Source of the DNA: Sumerlaeia bacterium
GTDB taxonomy: Bacteria; Sumerlaeota; Sumerlaeia; SLMS01; JAHLLQ01
Length of the DNA stretch: 64,000 nucleotides
Reading direction: 5' to 3'
Assembly: GCA_040219255.1 (NCBI GenBank)
Contig: JAVJSW010000077.1
Location: forward strand, 132,750 to 196,749
Part shown: positions 63,101 to 64,000 of the stretch, one piece after another
Layout of the letters: each line of letters begins with the position of its first letter
Position numbering within the stretch: position 1 is the stretch's first letter
Position numbers and translations under genes: made by a program
Notes under the pieces: model-generated
Seen by the model: only the letters and a program-made list of their open reading frames with translations
The model's database searches: none
Told to the model about the DNA's origin: nothing

Positions 63101-63652
63101 GTGGACGATCTTTCGCCGGACCTCGACTGGAGCACCTTCAAGGTTCGCTCCGCCGGTTGGGGCGACAAGACCATCACCTTTACCGACGCCCCCTCTGCCA
63201 TCGATCACTACGAAACCGTCGCCGATTATCGCCCGGAACAGGGCGGCGAATGGCTCGTCAATGTCCGTGGCTTCGTGAATCGTGAGACGGGACGCGCGTC
63301 GTTCACATTCCGCACCCTGGATCCGATCGCCGAAGAACCGCCGCTGGATCCGCTGGCGGGATTCTTGCCGCCGAACGATGACACCCATCGCGGCGAAGGC
63401 TTCGTCACCTTCAGCCTCGCCCACCGCGAGGGCCTCACGGCCGGCGCCTCGGCCAGGATCGACAACACAGCCACCATCATCTTCGACCTGGAAGACCCCA
63501 TCGTCACCAACACCGTCCACAACCGCATCGATGACATCCCTCTGCTATGGCAAGGCCTCCTGCTGCAAATCCTCCTGCCTCAGGACGGCACCTCGCACCC
63601 CGACGTCAACGGCGACGGCGTCTGGGACGCCGCGGACCTGATCGCCAAGTAG
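57122..63652 (+). CDS. giant secreted surface protein: right-handed beta-helix repeats, Ig/TIG-like and carboxypeptidase-regulatory-like domains, Cys-rich central domain, DPNEK-type (DUF7619-like) domain and a C-terminal half-dockerin-like tag
   Basis: Signal peptide IITSLLISLCALPLWG; LTIEAGVEV...EGTDTDPVVLT repeats; WWGDPSGP; SFDPNEKHGP, YTILFEN, GFLPPND and NTATIIFD; ends DVNGDGVWDAADLIAK*. Confidence 0.85.
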   Translation: MSPSLPDSKNKSGNTPINTIITSLLISLCALPLWGQSIAEDAVWTLAQSPILTPGVSISDGASLTIEAGVEVRVGNGGIVVVQEGGELIIEGTDTDPVVLTHDSETPAAGGWSGVFVREGATASLRGAVIEYAGAIDGTYSTQALLTTASSDVEVEDCVLRHSAGDGLILKEERYDAPPAVEPEFSGLEIGHCVRNGIRLDFLNTPSQPTFENLNIHDCGDVAIQLTSFDNVPAFRTVTIQNTAFDGVDVSGGNYERRDYELTSDVRWRVRYLRAVNDITVRVGPGTEVMLKALPGGYARDDGFIQVAEGSAFLVEGTAEAPAVFTSDQEMPKPGDWDQAWFDPGSTVRLSHCRFEYFDGILSQTADVELRSVHVDWCSGTGAYFYVAPNVRWGRTLVIDSTFTNCVDYPIQASSTLGHLPIFENLTLSGNGEDVIFLGSGVSGDFTPDDEEIFIGNPGYPYKAGGLVQYNGYHTTIAPGTIFQLSHVMELRSGQITFSGTAEEPIQFIPHEGMAGLSETLRIGYGARVNMEHCIVNGGVTVDAQGNDATRLDARDCDFSNATGREAHGARITGAEATFSRCSFRNNPRGGITVSGLFTVPVIIENCEISNNLGFGANAFGFALFDGCDIVNNGGHGFEGYTQESIPPETWPEIRNCRITGNGGMAVANLANFKPLPLAARHCWWGDPSGPFHDELNPAGLGGPVSDHVAFSPWLTSPEDAATSEPGSLEVGQTRQGSTQGTVTYALTLAEGDAANLLLRLRPVSGAGSWRLTERDGQLPTPALFDRAGAARDGGWNIPIPAPQPGVYFIAVQYSSPDGSPGLFELSASDVVHYVTGIETAKAGNAGAFTQQVTGCGFVPGTLVELMSGGASLRAFPATELTDSRIVVPMDLTGLPVGVADVVVIWPDTTEVVLAGAFEISDGAGPEFWAGFSRSSNSSAGIFRPGRDQLYAVYWGNRGDADAPARLLSVTADYAAGLRATLEDEIDPENLQILAIGPPEQVASIPPGYEQQVDFFYRVDEVAVAFAFQLESKASDSTVIDWESQKDTLRPGNIDPAAWQSAWPAIESRLGATTADHMAMLVRNAQRLSDRGSASPDPAWSVSHLVDLEIQEAAGQPVSAVAGRLTLMPWGRPQPAAAVKLYNNTDPSAAPLIVRSNGSGDFCFTGVEDGIYDLVVDTYFLGQQQTITVSNPADITGLEVAVWKDDPAPPGPDFAVNGRSPALTFGPAGSAYLAWENGGELWSLAWTNGQWQGATSIAGTTGAAPFVTYHANLFGAGQPGLLAIWESADSNQVRTLTWSAGERTASGFRWTVPQQFTQDPNDDTLPQLFLEPGGAWNALWLQRANTTSFDDTDLYSKAIDLASRGDWWTPPATKEFAAKQICDSLNFATSVEIPKSLQEVFGKRYAAEVGFELCDGDKTCGQFSRSGGATIAVELGDALKGNGAGQVVSSYRLACKPCRYMPWTMSVAVSAGLEAEFSRPLPILIGGVPVGTASASLPVALAVKGNLMWRREFSGAPDTGFLGLDCTAGGRVTIEDNLGVGKGQGDLNITGSYQWNPNEGFKVDGACVTLSGEAAVFGGFAKRKIQKQWGDSCGKSAFVAETKTFVSDNRIAMYRAYLQDGIPITESIETTVSPATGTGGVYEGTAVLASVAGDLYDDGQPAVWREPATGHLTLAWTKDVGDYASGLGNRVVFSTNDGSGWTAPIAIQAERHFNRDVALAQEPGGGLMAVWSQASASGLTSSSAIRDVETAAGRSRVVFAQQESSSAWSAPALVADLPGRNDQVRAVGAGTRVVVAWVNTQSDIGSRVMGASWNGAEWSSPAVLSGSTWSDGPSLATVDSAALLVWSEDEDGDPETATDARLRYAVSTGGVWSAAAFIPAAQTSQALAAKFIAPPAALAEKAATKVLPRPDDACCGEGCKPTYKRPRPQEPPAPRRQESDADMGRVQSFDPNEKHGPRGWGVTGIVEENTEFLYTILFENKASASAPAQEVFIVDDLSPDLDWSTFKVRSAGWGDKTITFTDAPSAIDHYETVADYRPEQGGEWLVNVRGFVNRETGRASFTFRTLDPIAEEPPLDPLAGFLPPNDDTHRGEGFVTFSLAHREGLTAGASARIDNTATIIFDLEDPIVTNTVHNRIDDIPLLWQGLLLQILLPQDGTSHPDVNGDGVWDAADLIAK

Positions 63653-63842
63653 CGATCGCCCGGCAGAAAAGAGCCGGGTTCTGGCACAAGAGCCGGAGGC
63701 GATGATCGTAAACTCTGTTTTCACAAGGAAGTAGAAAAAATGTAAACGTCCTACGAGCCCCATCTTGACCATCGCCGGGGCCCTGTGAGATTCTGCCTCC
63801 TCATTTTATACACGGAGAGCAGGTCATGGAACACAAGACCTG

Positions 63843-63881
63843 CCGAGACTCGAACTCGGGACCCCCTGCTCCCAAAGCAGG
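63843..63881 (-). pseudogene. tRNA-Pro(TGG) fragment (anticodon arm, variable loop and T arm); possible att site
   Basis: Minus strand reads CCTGC-TTTGGGA-GCAGG GGGTC CCGAG-TTCGAGT-CTCGG with both stems perfect. No D arm or acceptor stem in the flanks. Confidence 0.8.
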
Positions 63882-64000
63882 GTTTTCGCGAATTTTTAGA
63901 CCTTTGACACCTCGAGATTTACGAGGCCGTACGAAAGCCAAAGTAGCAACTCTTCCAAGCGCACCTGCGATGCAGGCAGGGGCTCTGGATTTTGCGGTTA

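Noticed and set aside
63826-64000. ORF starting at ATG 63826 after GGAGAG
   Set aside because: It runs through the antisense tRNA fragment, has atypical codon usage and no recognisable motif, and is cut by the window edge.

Overview
GC-rich (roughly 65% by eye) bacterial chromosome segment. It is mostly core and accessory genes, with no CRISPR array, rRNA, intact tRNA, integrase or transposase. The gene content (kdsD/LPS, futalosine-pathway mqnD, Planctomycete-style DWG Ser/Thr kinase, repeat-rich secreted proteins ending in a half-dockerin-like motif) suggests a diderm PVC/FCB-adjacent lineage, possibly Ca. Sumerlaeota/BRC1; this is inference only. Housekeeping genes: metH, lexA, dnaG, kdsD, glgB, mqnD, rnhA, asd. 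The most notable signals are: (i) a 299-bp MITE-like element with terminal inverted repeats, present twice in inverted orientation, each time fused in frame to the 5' end of a different GT-C-type membrane glycosyltransferase gene; (ii) two long hairpin elements built from 9-10-nt periodic CACAGAG/CACGGAT units that bracket rnhA; (iii) a dedicated, non-canonical Hsp70-GrpE-J/TPR operon whose J motif reads DPE instead of HPD; (iv) secreted proteins with a shared half-dockerin-like tag and abrupt high-GC/low-GC domain junctions; (v) a circularly permuted CBM48-like domain; (vi) an Amt-HAMP-PAS-PAS sensor with no output domain; (vii) a sigma70 paralog with altered promoter-melting and -35 recognition residues; (viii) a tRNA-Pro(TGG) fragment at the right edge that may be an att site. 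All domain assignments come from motif recognition by eye, not from database searches.
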